Notes: a model not told the origin generated them from the letters alone. A stretch of 64,000 nucleotides of DNA from an uncultured Pelagibacteraceae bacterium (GCA_902556285.1 CACDWD010000001.1:31-64030); one strand, 5' to 3'. Counted from the stretch's first letter, positions 1 to 11,000 are shown. Translations and numbers: made by a program.

Positions 1-536
1 TAAAATCTATTCCTGAGAATTTTCTTGATGGTTTTAATGAGGATGAGTTTTATGTAAATCCTACAGGAAATTTTGTAATTGGTGGACCAGATGGAGATTG
101 TGGTTTGACAGGTAGAAAAATTATTGTTGATACTTATGGTGGAGCCGCACCTCATGGCGGTGGTGCTTTTTCAGGTAAAGATCCTACTAAAGTTGATAGA
201 TCAGCAGCTTATGCAGCAAGGTATATTGCTAAAAATGTTGTTAGTTCTAAAATTGCTGAAAAATGTTTAATTCAATTAGCTTATGCAATTGGTGTTTCAA
301 AACCATTATCGATTTATGTCGATTTATTTGATAACGATTTTGATAAAAATAAATTTGTTGTAGAAAAGATTAAGGAAAATTTTGATTTGAGCCCCAGAGG
401 TATCAGAGAAATGCTAAATTTAAATAAACCTATATATGAAAAAACAGCTGCGTATGGACATTTTGGTAGAGCACCTGAAGGAAATGGTTCATTTTCATGG
501 GAAAAAACAGATAAATCAAACGTTTTTTCTAGATAG
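1..536 (+). CDS. metK: S-adenosylmethionine synthetase, 5'-truncated by window edge
   Basis: Frame is open from the window start ([29 protein letters not shown]); [16 protein letters not shown] signature. Confidence 0.97.
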   Translation, partial: KSIPENFLDGFNEDEFYVNPTGNFVIGGPDGDCGLTGRKIIVDTYGGAAPHGGGAFSGKDPTKVDRSAAYAARYIAKNVVSSKIAEKCLIQLAYAIGVSKPLSIYVDLFDNDFDKNKFVVEKIKENFDLSPRGIREMLNLNKPIYEKTAAYGHFGRAPEGNGSFSWEKTDKSNVFSR

Positions 537-592
537 TTTCTGTTGAATTAAAAAAAAAATTTATTATATTCCCTTTACATTATTAGATTTAC

Positions 593-619
593 AAAATGGG
601 CTTTAGCCCATTTTTTTTT
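593..619 (+). terminator. Intrinsic-terminator-like hairpin in nusA leader (possible attenuator)
   Basis: AAAATGGGC-TTTA-GCCCATTTT with a 9-T run (611-619); TTGAAT (543)/TATATT (565) promoter-like pair lies upstream of it. Confidence 0.7.
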
Positions 620-634
620 GGAGCAAACAAAATT

Positions 635-2188
635 ATGTTAAATAAAAGAGCAGATAAATTAGAATTATTAAGAATTGCTGAAGCTGTAGCTTTAGAAAAA
701 TCAATTGATAAAGAACTAATTATCAGTTCTATGGAAACGGGTATTGCTAAAGCTGCAAAATCAAAATTTGGACAGGAAAACGAAATTAAAGTTTCTATCA
801 ATAGAGACAATGGAGATATTGAACTTTTTAGAAAATTGATAATCGCTGAAAATCCTGAAAATGCAAATACAGAGATAAAATTGGAAGATGCAATTAATTT
901 AAATGAATTAAACAAAGATAAGTCTATTGGTGACGAAGTATTACAGCCACTTCCTTCATTTGATTTTGGAAGAATAGCTGCGCAAACCGCAAAGCAGGTA
1001 ATTAGTTTTAATGTAAGAGAAGCTGAAAGAGAAAGACAATTTAATGATTTTATTGATAAGAAAGACACAATTTTAAGTGGAATTGTAAAGAGATTAGAAT
1101 TTGGAAATGTAATTGTTGATTTAGGAAGAACTGAAGCAATAATTCAAAAAAATGAGTTAATACCTCGAGAAAACATTAAAGCAGGTGATCGTATAAAAGC
1201 TTATTGTTATGATGTTAGAAGAGAACCTAGAGGGCAACAAATTTTTCTATCTAGAGCTCACCCTAAATTTATGGAAAAACTATTTGTTCAAGAAGTTCCT
1301 GAAATCTATGACGGATTAATAGAAATTAAGTCTTCTTCAAGGGATCCTGGAAGTAGAGCAAAAATATGTGTTAAAGCAGTTGATACATCTCTAGATCCAG
1401 TGGGTGCTTGTGTAGGTATGAGAGGTTCAAGAGTTCAAGCTGTTGTAAATGAACTTCAAGGAGAGAAAATAGATATAGTTAATTGGTCAGAAGATCCTGC
1501 TATTTTGGTTTCAAATGCGTTATCACCAGCTGAAGTACAAAGAGTAAATGTTGATAGAGAAAGAAAAAAACTTGATGTAATTCTAACTGAAGAAAATTTA
1601 AGTAAAGCGATTGGAAGAAGAGGTCAAAATGTCCGACTTGCTACAAAACTCTTAAATTATGAAATTAATATAATGACGGATGCAGAGGACTCTGAACGAA
1701 GACAATTAGAATTTAAAGAAAAAACAGAGAACTTTGTAAAAAATTTAGAGTTAGACGAAACATTGGGTCAATTACTTGTTGCTGAAGGTTTTTCAACTAT
1801 TGATGACATCAAAGATAGTTCAACTGAAAATTTAATGAAGATAGAAGGTATAGAAGAAGATACTGCTAAAGCATTGATAGAAAGAGCTAAAGAGTTTCAT
1901 GAAAAGGATCAGGAGGATATTTCTCAGAGAATTAAAGAATTAGGTCTTGAAGATACCTTGATTAATTTAAAGGGGTTAACACAAGGAATGTTAGTCACAC
2001 TTGGTGAACAAAAAATTTTAAATTTAGAAGATTTTGCAGACTTAGCATCTGATGAATTAACTGGTGGTTATGACGTGGTTAAAGGTGAGAGAGTGAAAAT
2101 CCAAGGTTATCTGGAAGATTTTGCCTTATCTAAAGAAGAAGCAGATGAACTAATTATGTCTGCCAGAAACATTGTTTATAAAGATTGA
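635..2188 (+). CDS. nusA: Transcription termination/antitermination factor NusA
   Basis: FGRIAAQTAKQVI, S1 and KH domains (RDPGSRAK, AIGRRGQNVRLA), acidic C-terminal repeats; start moved to ATG 635, downstream of the hairpin. Confidence 0.96.
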   Translation: MLNKRADKLELLRIAEAVALEKSIDKELIISSMETGIAKAAKSKFGQENEIKVSINRDNGDIELFRKLIIAENPENANTEIKLEDAINLNELNKDKSIGDEVLQPLPSFDFGRIAAQTAKQVISFNVREAERERQFNDFIDKKDTILSGIVKRLEFGNVIVDLGRTEAIIQKNELIPRENIKAGDRIKAYCYDVRREPRGQQIFLSRAHPKFMEKLFVQEVPEIYDGLIEIKSSSRDPGSRAKICVKAVDTSLDPVGACVGMRGSRVQAVVNELQGEKIDIVNWSEDPAILVSNALSPAEVQRVNVDRERKKLDVILTEENLSKAIGRRGQNVRLATKLLNYEINIMTDAEDSERRQLEFKEKTENFVKNLELDETLGQLLVAEGFSTIDDIKDSSTENLMKIEGIEEDTAKALIERAKEFHEKDQEDISQRIKELGLEDTLINLKGLTQGMLVTLGEQKILNLEDFADLASDELTGGYDVVKGERVKIQGYLEDFALSKEEADELIMSARNIVYKD

Positions 2189-2198
2189 GTGATGAGTT

Positions 2199-4418
2199 AT
2201 GGAGAAAAAAACAAAATTAACAATTTCAGGCTCAGCCAAAAAATCGATCAAGAACATTGAGATTGCTAAATCTCAAGGAAAAAATTCTGTAGTAATTGAA
2301 AAACAAACTGGAAAATTCTCGAGTAGAGGTGGATCATTTAGATCTAGTACGAATAAGCCAAGAATAACCTCAACTTTTAACAGAGGAGCACCATTAAAAC
2401 CCTCATTTAATCCTAAATCATCCCCTATAACAAACGATTTTGAAAAGAGAAAACTAGCAGAGCAAAGAGCTACTAAACGACTTAAAGGAGATAGTGAAAA
2501 CAAAGATAGAAAAACTTTAAAAGCAGGAACAAAGAAGAGAGAGTTAAAGTTAACTGTATCAAGAGCACTAAGTGATGAGATTGATGCAAAACAAAGAAGT
2601 TTAGCATCAGTTAAGAGAGCAAGACAGAAAGAAATTAAAAATGCTACAAAAGATGATACTCAAGAAAATTTAAAATCGATTAAAAGAGATGTCAATATTC
2701 CTGAAGCAATCACAGTAAGAGAACTTGCAAATAGAATGGCTGAACAATCAAGTAATGTAATTAAGCATTTATTTGGTATGGGTGTTACTGTGACTATCAA
2801 TCAAACATTAGCTGCAGATACTGCAGAATATTTAGTTAAAGAATTTGGTCACAATCCAATTAGGGAAGAGAAAGCAGAAGAAATAATTCAAAAAATAAAA
2901 GCTTCAAGATCTGAAAATTTAAAAAATCGACCACCAATAGTTACTGTTATGGGTCATGTTGATCATGGTAAGACCTCAGTACTAGATGTGCTCAGAAGTG
3001 CAAATGTAGTTTCAGGAGAATTTGGAGGAATAACTCAACATATTGGAGCCTATCAAATCGAAAGCCAAGAAAATAAATTAACATTTATTGATACACCAGG
3101 CCATGCTGCTTTTACAGAGATGAGAGCAAGAGGATCAAAATTAACTGATGTGGTAGTATTAGTGGTTGCTGCAGATGATGGAGTTAAACCTCAAACCGTT
3201 GAGTCTATCAAACATGCTAAAGCTGCAAATGTTCCAATAGTTGTGGCTATAAATAAATGTGATTTACCAGAGGCAGATCCTCAGAAAATTAAAAATCAGT
3301 TATTAGAGCATGAATTAATTGCTGAAGATTTATCCGGTGATACTTTAATGGTAGAAATTTCAACTAAAACAAAACAAAATTTGGATAAATTAGTAGAGTC
3401 TATAATACTTCAAGCAGAGATTTTAGATCTTAAAACAGATTATGAATCTAAAGCTACAGGTATAGTCTTAGAGTCCAAAATTGATGTTGGCAGAGGTCCA
3501 GTTGCAAATATAATTGTAACAACAGGAACTCTTAAGAGAGGTGATTTTTTTGTAAGTGGTTTAAAATGGGGAAAAGTAAGAGCTATTATTAATGATAAAG
3601 GTAAAAATATTAATGAAGCATTACCTTCCACACCTGTTGAAATTTTAGGAATAAATGGTGCAGCAAAAGCTGGAGACGATTTTATTGTTCTTGATACAGA
3701 AAAAGAAGCTAAGATACTGAGTGAAAATAGAGCTCAAGAGAGTAAGGATGGAAAAAATCCACTATCTTTTGCAACTCAAGACTCTGCCTTTTCAGATAAA
3801 TCTACTGAAGAATTAAATTTAATAATTAAATCTGATGTGCATGGATCATCTGAAGCAATCAAAAATGCAATTAGTCAAATCAAACATGATGAAGTTAAAC
3901 CTAAAATAATTTTAGCAGATATTGGAATGGTAACAGAAACAGACGTTACATTAGCTAAAGCTTCAAATGCAGTATTAATAGCTTTTAATGTTAAACCAAG
4001 TAAAGAAGCAAAAAAACTTGCTGAAAATGAGAAGATAAAAATATCTTCTTACAATATTATTTATGAAGTTTTGGATTACATTAAACAAAGAATGTCAGGG
4101 CTATTGGCACCTGATGTCCAAGAAAAAATTACTGGTACTGCACAAATTTTAGAAATATTTAAAGTCTCAGGTGCTGGAAAAGTTGCTGGCTCAAAAGTAA
4201 CTGAAGGAGAAATTAATAGTACTTCAGATGTAAGAATTATTAGAGATGGTGCTATTATTTATACTGGTAAAGTTTCAACAATATTTAGGGAAAAGAACCA
4301 AGTAAAACAGGTAAGTGATGGTCAAGAATGCGGAATTACAGTTAAAGATTATATGGATTTCCAAAAAAATGACACAATAGAGGCTTTTAGTGTTACATCT
4401 ACTGAGAGGTCAATTTAA
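2199..4418 (+). CDS. infB: Translation initiation factor IF-2
   Basis: GHVDHGKT, DTPGH and NKCD GTPase motifs; follows nusA. Confidence 0.98.
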   Translation: MEKKTKLTISGSAKKSIKNIEIAKSQGKNSVVIEKQTGKFSSRGGSFRSSTNKPRITSTFNRGAPLKPSFNPKSSPITNDFEKRKLAEQRATKRLKGDSENKDRKTLKAGTKKRELKLTVSRALSDEIDAKQRSLASVKRARQKEIKNATKDDTQENLKSIKRDVNIPEAITVRELANRMAEQSSNVIKHLFGMGVTVTINQTLAADTAEYLVKEFGHNPIREEKAEEIIQKIKASRSENLKNRPPIVTVMGHVDHGKTSVLDVLRSANVVSGEFGGITQHIGAYQIESQENKLTFIDTPGHAAFTEMRARGSKLTDVVVLVVAADDGVKPQTVESIKHAKAANVPIVVAINKCDLPEADPQKIKNQLLEHELIAEDLSGDTLMVEISTKTKQNLDKLVESIILQAEILDLKTDYESKATGIVLESKIDVGRGPVANIIVTTGTLKRGDFFVSGLKWGKVRAIINDKGKNINEALPSTPVEILGINGAAKAGDDFIVLDTEKEAKILSENRAQESKDGKNPLSFATQDSAFSDKSTEELNLIIKSDVHGSSEAIKNAISQIKHDEVKPKIILADIGMVTETDVTLAKASNAVLIAFNVKPSKEAKKLAENEKIKISSYNIIYEVLDYIKQRMSGLLAPDVQEKITGTAQILEIFKVSGAGKVAGSKVTEGEINSTSDVRIIRDGAIIYTGKVSTIFREKNQVKQVSDGQECGITVKDYMDFQKNDTIEAFSVTSTERSI

Positions 4419-4786
4419 TGGCAGATAGAATAGGAAAACCAGTGTCACAAAGGCAGTTAAGAGTAGGTGAAATGATTAAGCAGTCTTTAAGCATGATTTT
4501 TATAAGGAATGAGGCTAAGGTGCCGAATTTAGAAACAAATACTATAACGGTTACTGAGGTTAGAATGAGTCCTGATTTAAAAATTGCTAAAGCATATGTT
4601 CTTCCATTGGGAGGAAAAGATGCTGAGGAAACAATTAATATTTTAAAGGAATACTCATTTTTAATTAGAAAAATTTTATCACAAAAAGTGGTTATGAAAT
4701 TTTTACCAAAATTACTTTTTAGAAAAGACGAATCTTTTGAGTATGCGGAAAAAATAGAAAACTTAATAAAACAAACAAATAAATAG
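4418..4786 (+). CDS. rbfA: 30S ribosome-binding factor RbfA
   Basis: RQLRVGE...VTEVRMSPDLKIAKAY...PKLLFRKD; follows infB. Confidence 0.95.
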   Translation: MADRIGKPVSQRQLRVGEMIKQSLSMIFIRNEAKVPNLETNTITVTEVRMSPDLKIAKAYVLPLGGKDAEETINILKEYSFLIRKILSQKVVMKFLPKLLFRKDESFEYAEKIENLIKQTNK

Positions 4787-4798
4787 GAAGAAAGAGGC

Positions 4799-5047
4799 AT
4801 GAACAAAAAGGCACAAGAATTAGCAATGCATGATAAAGATACTGGATCTTCAGAGATACAAATCGCTTTGCTAACAGAGAAAATTGAAACTCTCTCTAAA
4901 CATATTAAGCAATTCAAAAAGGATAAACATTCATCTGTTGGATTGTTGAGAGCGGTAAATAGAAGAAAGAAATTGTTAGAATACCTAAAGAAAAATAAAA
5001 TGGATTCTTACAAAAATGTACTGTCGAAATTGAATTTAAGAAAATAG
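4799..5047 (+). CDS. rpsO: 30S ribosomal protein S15
   Basis: DTGSSEIQIALLT...KKDKHS..GL...V.RRKKLL.YL. Confidence 0.96.
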   Translation: MNKKAQELAMHDKDTGSSEIQIALLTEKIETLSKHIKQFKKDKHSSVGLLRAVNRRKKLLEYLKKNKMDSYKNVLSKLNLRK

Positions 5048-5062
5048 AAGTCAAGATAGATA

Positions 5063-5107
5063 GAACGGAATGGAACGAAACGAACGAAACGAAATGGAAA
5101 TGAAATG
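5063..5107 (+). repeat. Purine-rich degenerate tandem repeat (GAAC/GAAAC/GAAAT units) in rpsO-pnp spacer
   Basis: GAACGGAATG-GAACGAAAC-GAACGAAAC-GAAATG-GAAATG-AAATG read directly; ends at the pnp ATG. Confidence 0.7.
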
Positions 5108-7183
5108 TTTAAAGTATATAAGAAGGAAATTGAAGTAGCGGGAAAGAAGATAAGTTTAGAAACAGGTAAAGTAGCAAGACAGGCAGACGGTGCAATAATC
5201 GCAACATGTGGAGAGACAGTCGTACTAGCAACAGTAGTGGGCGCAAAAAAAGTAAATCCTGATATGGATTACTTTCCTTTATCTGTAAATTATCAAGAAA
5301 AATATTATGCAGCAGGAAAAATCCCAGGTGGATATTTTAAAAGAGAAGCAAGACCAACTGAAAGTGAAACATTAATCTCTAGATTAATTGATAGACCAAT
5401 CAGACCTTTGTTTCCTGATGAATTTAAAAATGAGGTACAGTTATTACCAACTGTAATTTCATACGACAAAGAAAACGAACCAGATATTTTATCAATCACT
5501 GCTTCATCAGCAGCATTAGCTATATCAGGAATGCCATTTATGGGTCCTGTAGGAGCTTCAAGGGTTGGGTTTATTGATGGAAAATATGTTTTAAACCCAT
5601 CTAAAGCAGAGTTAGAAAAATCGAAATTAGATTTAGTTGTAGCAGGTACAAAAGATGCTGTTCTTATGGTTGAGTCTGAAGCAAATGGTTTAACTGAGGA
5701 AGAAATGTTAAACGCAGTTAAATTTGGACATGAAGGATTTGTTCCAGTAATTGAAATGATTGAGGAACTTGCAAAAGAATGCAGAAAACCTGAGTGGTTA
5801 GTTGAGAAAAAAGATTTATCTGAAGTTAAGAAAAAACTTGAGGAAACCTTTACGGAAGATCTTAAAAAAGCTTTTGCAACAAGAGATAAACAAGATAGAT
5901 CAAATCAGATTTCAGAGATTGCTGATAAAGCTAAAAAGCTTTATGAGGAAGATGAAAACTACACAGATCTTGATGTTAATAGTCAGTTAAAAAATCTTGA
6001 AAAATCAATTGTTAGAACTGATATTCTAAAAAATAAAAATAGAATTGATGGTCGAGGATTGTCAGATGTAAGACCTATTGAGTGTGAAGTGGGTGTTTTA
6101 CCAAGAGCACATGGTTCTGCATTATTTACTAGAGGAGAAACCCAAGCAATTGTTGTAGCAACTTTAGGTACTTCAGATGATGAACAAAGGATTGAAAGTT
6201 TAGATGGATTACAAAGAGAGCGATTTATGCTTCACTATAATTTTCCTCCTTTTTCAGTTGGAGAAACTGGAAGAATTGGAACAGGTAGAAGAGAAATTGG
6301 TCATGGTAAATTAGCTTGGAGAGCAATTAACTCTTCATTACCTACAAAAGAAGCATTTCCATATACTTTTAGAGTAGTTTCAGAGATTACAGAGTCTAAT
6401 GGTTCTTCTTCAATGGCTACTGTTTGTGGAACATCTCTAGCATTAATGGATGCAGGGGTTCCAATTAAAGAGCCAGTTGCTGGTATTGCAATGGGATTAA
6501 TTAAAGAAGGTGATGATTTCAGCGTCCTTTCAGACATCCTAGGTGATGAAGATCATCTTGGTGACATGGACTTTAAAGTTGCTGGAACTAAAGATGGAAT
6601 TACTTCTCTTCAAATGGATATCAAAATTACAGGTATTACTTTTGAAATTATGGAGCAGGCATTGAGCCAAGCTAAAGATGGAAGGGTTCATATCTTAGGA
6701 GAAATGAATAAAGCATTGTCAGCTTCAAGATCTGATGTTGGAAAGCATACTCCAAAAATGGAACAAGTTAATGTAGATAAAAAAGACATTGCAGCAGTCA
6801 TTGGAAAAGGTGGTGCAACGATCAGAGAGATAGTTGAAAAATCAGGCGCAAAAGTAGATGTAAATGATGAAGGTGTAGTAACAGTTGCTGCTCCAGATGA
6901 AGAGTCTAGAAATATTGCTATGCAAATGATTAAAGATATCACTGCAAAAGCCGAACTGAATAAAATTTATTCAGGAAAAGTAATGAAGATTATGGAGTTT
7001 GGTGCATTTGTTAATTTCTTAGGAAAACAAGATGGATTAGTTCATATTTCAGAACTCGCAGATAAAAGAGTAGCTAAAGTAACTGATGTTGTAAAAGAAG
7101 GTGACGAAGTAAAAGTTAAAGTAATTGGCTTCGATAGAGGTAAAGTTAAGCTATCTATAAAACAGGCTCAAAGTTTAGAATAA
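5105..7183 (+). CDS. pnp: Polyribonucleotide nucleotidyltransferase (PNPase)
   Basis: [42 protein letters not shown] and S1 domains. Confidence 0.98.
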   Translation: MFKVYKKEIEVAGKKISLETGKVARQADGAIIATCGETVVLATVVGAKKVNPDMDYFPLSVNYQEKYYAAGKIPGGYFKREARPTESETLISRLIDRPIRPLFPDEFKNEVQLLPTVISYDKENEPDILSITASSAALAISGMPFMGPVGASRVGFIDGKYVLNPSKAELEKSKLDLVVAGTKDAVLMVESEANGLTEEEMLNAVKFGHEGFVPVIEMIEELAKECRKPEWLVEKKDLSEVKKKLEETFTEDLKKAFATRDKQDRSNQISEIADKAKKLYEEDENYTDLDVNSQLKNLEKSIVRTDILKNKNRIDGRGLSDVRPIECEVGVLPRAHGSALFTRGETQAIVVATLGTSDDEQRIESLDGLQRERFMLHYNFPPFSVGETGRIGTGRREIGHGKLAWRAINSSLPTKEAFPYTFRVVSEITESNGSSSMATVCGTSLALMDAGVPIKEPVAGIAMGLIKEGDDFSVLSDILGDEDHLGDMDFKVAGTKDGITSLQMDIKITGITFEIMEQALSQAKDGRVHILGEMNKALSASRSDVGKHTPKMEQVNVDKKDIAAVIGKGGATIREIVEKSGAKVDVNDEGVVTVAAPDEESRNIAMQMIKDITAKAELNKIYSGKVMKIMEFGAFVNFLGKQDGLVHISELADKRVAKVTDVVKEGDEVKVKVIGFDRGKVKLSIKQAQSLE

Positions 7184-7852
7184 TTATTTATATTTATAAT
7201 TGTGTAGCTTAATAATCTTATAAGCATATTCATATATCTTCTTTATGTGATATTCTTTTAATTTAATTATTTTATCACTTGAGGGTTTAATATTACTTTT
7301 TGCTTTTATATTTTTAAAAACCTCATAAAGATTTTCAGGAAGTTTAAGTGTATCAGATAGTGATGATAAATCATTTTTTAAATTTTCATAACTAATAAAT
7401 TTATCAACTAAAATTTTTTCATTTTCAGTATATCTATTAATTTCATCTTCAAAAATGTGCCTTGCTTTTCTTTTAAAGAACTTGTCAAAATCAATTGATT
7501 TTTTTTTGAAAAACCATAATTTTTTTTCATTTTTTTTACTTTCATTGTGCCAATAAAAGGCACTAATTATTTGATCAAAAGGATTACGAACCACAACAAA
7601 TTTGAAGTAATTTTCAAATATTTCTGATTTTATTCTACTTTTAATTTCGCCAGCCGACATATGTACTTTCATTCCGGTGTTATTTTGTGGACCAGTATAT
7701 TTTAAATTTTTTCTAATTATTTCATCACTAGGTTCTATTTCTGTAATCATATCTTTATCACTACAAAATTTTGATAAAGCAATTTCAAGACTAGTTCCAG
7801 CAGTTTTGAAAGATTTAATAAAAATAAATTTATATTTGTGGTTAATAATCAC
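7184..7852 (-). CDS. Sulfotransferase family 2-like protein
   Basis: N-terminal FIFIKSFKTAGTSL (5'-PSB-like) and FVVVRNPFDQIISAF (3'-PB-like) motifs. Confidence 0.75.
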   Translation of the reverse strand: MIINHKYKFIFIKSFKTAGTSLEIALSKFCSDKDMITEIEPSDEIIRKNLKYTGPQNNTGMKVHMSAGEIKSRIKSEIFENYFKFVVVRNPFDQIISAFYWHNESKKNEKKLWFFKKKSIDFDKFFKRKARHIFEDEINRYTENEKILVDKFISYENLKNDLSSLSDTLKLPENLYEVFKNIKAKSNIKPSSDKIIKLKEYHIKKIYEYAYKIIKLHNYKYK

Positions 7853-7873
7853 CTTATAATTATCAAAAATTAT

Positions 7874-8659
7874 TTAAGTTATGTTTCTAGGATCTGGCAT
7901 TCCAACTTTATTATATCCAGCATCAACATAGTGTATTTCACCAGTAACACCATTTGCAAGGTCACTTAATAGGTATAATGCTGAATTACCAACATCATGA
8001 ATATCAACATTTCTTTTGAGAAAAGAATGATCCTCATTCCATTTGTATAAAAATTTTGCATCACCAATTGCAGAAGCAGCTAATGTTTTAATCGGCCCTG
8101 CGCTTATTGCATTAACTCTAATACCATTTGCACCTAAATCTCTAGCAAGATATTTAACACTGGCCTCTAAAGCAGATTTACAAACGCCCATTACATTATA
8201 ATTTGGAATAGCTTTAGTAGATTCATAAGTTAATGTAAGCAAGGTTCCACCTTGTTTCATTACTTTTGAAGCTTCTTTTGCTACTTCAGTAAATGAAAAG
8301 CATGAGATTAACATACTTCTTAAAAAGTTTTCTCTAGTCGTATTTAAATATTCACCTGATAACTCTGATTTATCAGAGAAAGCAACTGCATGAACTACAA
8401 AATCAATTTCACCCCATTGGGATTTGATATCCTCAAATAATTTTACAACTTCTTCTTTTTTTTCAACATCACAACTAAATGTAACATTTGAATTTAATTT
8501 TTCTGCTAAAGGAACTACTCTTTTTTTAAGAGCATCACCTAAATAAGTAAATGCTAACTCAGCTCCAGCCTCTGCAAGTTTTTGAGAAATACCCCAAGCA
8601 ATAGATCTTTCATTGGCAACACCCATGATTAATCCTTTTTTACCCTTCATCAAACTCAT
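7874..8659 (-). CDS. fabI: Enoyl-ACP reductase FabI
   Basis: GVANERSIAWGI, YNVMGVCKSALE, ISAGPIKTLAA. Confidence 0.96.
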   Translation of the reverse strand: MSLMKGKKGLIMGVANERSIAWGISQKLAEAGAELAFTYLGDALKKRVVPLAEKLNSNVTFSCDVEKKEEVVKLFEDIKSQWGEIDFVVHAVAFSDKSELSGEYLNTTRENFLRSMLISCFSFTEVAKEASKVMKQGGTLLTLTYESTKAIPNYNVMGVCKSALEASVKYLARDLGANGIRVNAISAGPIKTLAASAIGDAKFLYKWNEDHSFLKRNVDIHDVGNSALYLLSDLANGVTGEIHYVDAGYNKVGMPDPRNIT

Positions 8660-8662
8660 AAA

Positions 8663-9874
8663 CTAAACCTTTTCAAAAATTAAAGCTGCATTAGTTCCAC
8701 CAAAGCCAAAACTATTTGACATTACTGTATTTAAAGTTGCACCTGTTTCAGTTTTTGAAACTACAGGAAATTTTTTAGCATCATCATCCATATTAGTAAT
8801 ATTTGCTGATCCTGTAATGAAATTATTTTTCATCATTATTAAACAATAAATGGCTTCATGAACTGAAGCAGCACCTAATGGGTGGCCTGATAAAGATTTA
8901 GTTGAGCTTATTTTTGGAATATCATCCCCAAATGTTTCTTTAATAGCTTTAAGTTCAGTAATATCTCCTACAGGCGTTGATGTTCCGTGAGTATTAATGT
9001 AATTAATTTTATTTTTAGCAGTTGCCATCGCCATTTTCATACATCTGACAGCACCCTCTCCTGATGGAGCTACCATATCATATCCATCTGAAGTTGCTCC
9101 ATAACCAGTTAATTCTGCGTATATTTTAGCACCTCGTGCTTTGGCATGTTCGTATTCTTCAAGTACTAATACGCCTGCACCACCTGCAATTACAAACCCA
9201 TCTCTAGTTTTATCATAAGCTCTAGATGCAGATTGAGGAGTATCATTATATTTTGATGATAAAGCTGTCATAGCATCAAACATTGCTGTCATAGCCCAAT
9301 GAATTTCTTCACTACCACCAGCAAAAACAATATCTTGTTTGCCCATTTGAATTAATTCCATAGAATTTCCTATGCAGTGACCACTTGTTGCACAAGCAGA
9401 GCTCATTGTGTAATTTGTTCCTTTAATTCTAAACGGAACAGCAAGTGTTGCAGAAGCTGTACTAGCCATAGTTCGTGGAACAATAAAAGGACCCATAAGT
9501 TTTGGAGTTTTAGCTCTTGTTTTGTCTGCTGCAAGTATTACATTTTCAATTGATGGACCACCGGAACCCATTACAATCCCAGTTTTAAAATTACTTACTT
9601 CACTTTCTTCTAATCCAGAATCTTCAATTGCCTCTTTCATTGCAATATAATTATAAGCTGAGCCTGAACCCATAAATCTAATTGTTTTTCTATCGATATG
9701 ATCTTCAAGTTTAATATTTGGTTTACCATGAACATGGCTTTTTAAATTGTGCTCCTTGTATTCCTCAGCATACGAAATTCCTGATTTTGAATTTAATAAA
9801 GATTGATGAACTTCTTCTTGATTATTTCCTAAGCAAGAAACTACTCCCAAACCAGTAATAACTACTCTTCTCAT
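8663..9874 (-). CDS. fabB: 3-oxoacyl-ACP synthase I
   Basis: [32 protein letters not shown]; sits between fabA and fabI. Confidence 0.95.
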   Translation of the reverse strand: MRRVVITGLGVVSCLGNNQEEVHQSLLNSKSGISYAEEYKEHNLKSHVHGKPNIKLEDHIDRKTIRFMGSGSAYNYIAMKEAIEDSGLEESEVSNFKTGIVMGSGGPSIENVILAADKTRAKTPKLMGPFIVPRTMASTASATLAVPFRIKGTNYTMSSACATSGHCIGNSMELIQMGKQDIVFAGGSEEIHWAMTAMFDAMTALSSKYNDTPQSASRAYDKTRDGFVIAGGAGVLVLEEYEHAKARGAKIYAELTGYGATSDGYDMVAPSGEGAVRCMKMAMATAKNKINYINTHGTSTPVGDITELKAIKETFGDDIPKISSTKSLSGHPLGAASVHEAIYCLIMMKNNFITGSANITNMDDDAKKFPVVSKTETGATLNTVMSNSFGFGGTNAALIFEKV

Positions 9875-10374
9875 TATTTAAACAACCCTACTTTTAAACT
9901 TTCTGCTGAATATATTTTTTTATTATCTGCAAGAACAATTCCATTTGCAAGTCCAACGGTTGTTCCTCCAGGAGACATAATTTTCTTCATATCTATTTCA
10001 TATCTTACATTTTTTACACTCTGTAAAACTTCACCAGTAAATTTTACAGTACTCACTCCTAGAGCTCTTCCTTTTCCAGGATTTCCTAGCCAGCCTAGAA
10101 AAAAACCTACCAGTTGCCACATAGCATCTAAACCTAAGCACCCTGGCATAACTGGATCTTTTTTAAAATGACAATCAAAAAACCAAAGATCATCTTTAAT
10201 ATCTAATTCAGCTTTTAAAGAGCCTTTATTAAATGTACCATTATTTTCATTGATTTCAGTTATTCTGTCAAACATAAGCATTGGTGGAAGAGGTAATTTT
10301 GCATTACCAGGACCAAAAAGATCCCCATTTCCACAAGTTATAAGGTCATCATAGGAGTATGAGTTTTTTTTCAT
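9874..10374 (-). CDS. fabA: 3-hydroxyacyl-ACP dehydratase/isomerase FabA
   Basis: [39 protein letters not shown]; start set at MKKNSYS. Confidence 0.95.
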   Translation of the reverse strand: MKKNSYSYDDLITCGNGDLFGPGNAKLPLPPMLMFDRITEINENNGTFNKGSLKAELDIKDDLWFFDCHFKKDPVMPGCLGLDAMWQLVGFFLGWLGNPGKGRALGVSTVKFTGEVLQSVKNVRYEIDMKKIMSPGGTTVGLANGIVLADNKKIYSAESLKVGLFK

Positions 10375-10445
10375 AATTTTGAGTTCCCTTAATACTTGAT
10401 TTAATGTTAATATAATATAATAAAACATTATATTTTAATTCATAC

Positions 10446-10462
10446 TTTAGAATTATTATAAA
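10446..10462 (+). promoter_or_regulatory. Irr box (ICE)-like site upstream of irr / between irr and fabA
   Basis: TTTAGAA-TTA-TTATAAA versus ICE consensus TTTAGAA-N3-TTCTAAA (1 mismatch). Confidence 0.65.
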
Positions 10463-10467
10463 CAATT

Positions 10468-10896
10468 ATGGTAAAAAACCGCAATTTTATTGAAAAATTA
10501 AGAGAATTAGGACTTAGACCTACGAAACAAAGAGTTAAAATGTGTGAGGTCTTATTCAATAGAGAAAAAACTTTTCATTTCACAATTAATGATCTTGTTA
10601 AAATGATATCAGAAGAAATGAATGAGAAGATATCCTTAGCCACAGTTTATAATACAGTTCACGCACTTGAAAAAAAAGGATACCTAAAAGAAATTTCAAT
10701 TAACAGTGATAAAAGTTATTTCGATACCAATACATCTGTACATCATCATTTTTATGATGAAGATACCCAAGAGTTAATAGATTGCGATGGAAATGATATT
10801 GATCCAATTAATATAAAAAAAAATATTACTGGAAAAAAAATAAATTCAGTTGAAGTTTTGGTTAAAGTTGCGAGTGATAATCAAAATCAAAAATAA
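10468..10896 (+). CDS. irr: Fur-family regulator, Irr (iron response regulator) type
   Basis: GLRPTKQR, ISLATVYNT, SYFDTNTSVHHHFY (HHH motif); divergent from fabA as in other alphaproteobacteria. Confidence 0.8.
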   Translation: MVKNRNFIEKLRELGLRPTKQRVKMCEVLFNREKTFHFTINDLVKMISEEMNEKISLATVYNTVHALEKKGYLKEISINSDKSYFDTNTSVHHHFYDEDTQELIDCDGNDIDPINIKKNITGKKINSVEVLVKVASDNQNQK

Positions 10897-10925
10897 TTTA
10901 ATTAAATCAATAATTTAAAATCTAC

Positions 10926-10951
10926 ATTATAATAATTCTAAACTGTTGACA
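10926..10951 (+). promoter_or_regulatory. ICE-like site plus TTGACA -35 upstream of rubrerythrin
   Basis: ATTATAA-TAA-TTCTAAA (10926-10942) is a 16/17 inverted copy of the 10446 site; TTGACA at 10946-10951. Confidence 0.65.
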
Positions 10952-11000
10952 TATTTAATATAACTATTATATGGTGAGTAACATTTAAAAGGAGAAAATA

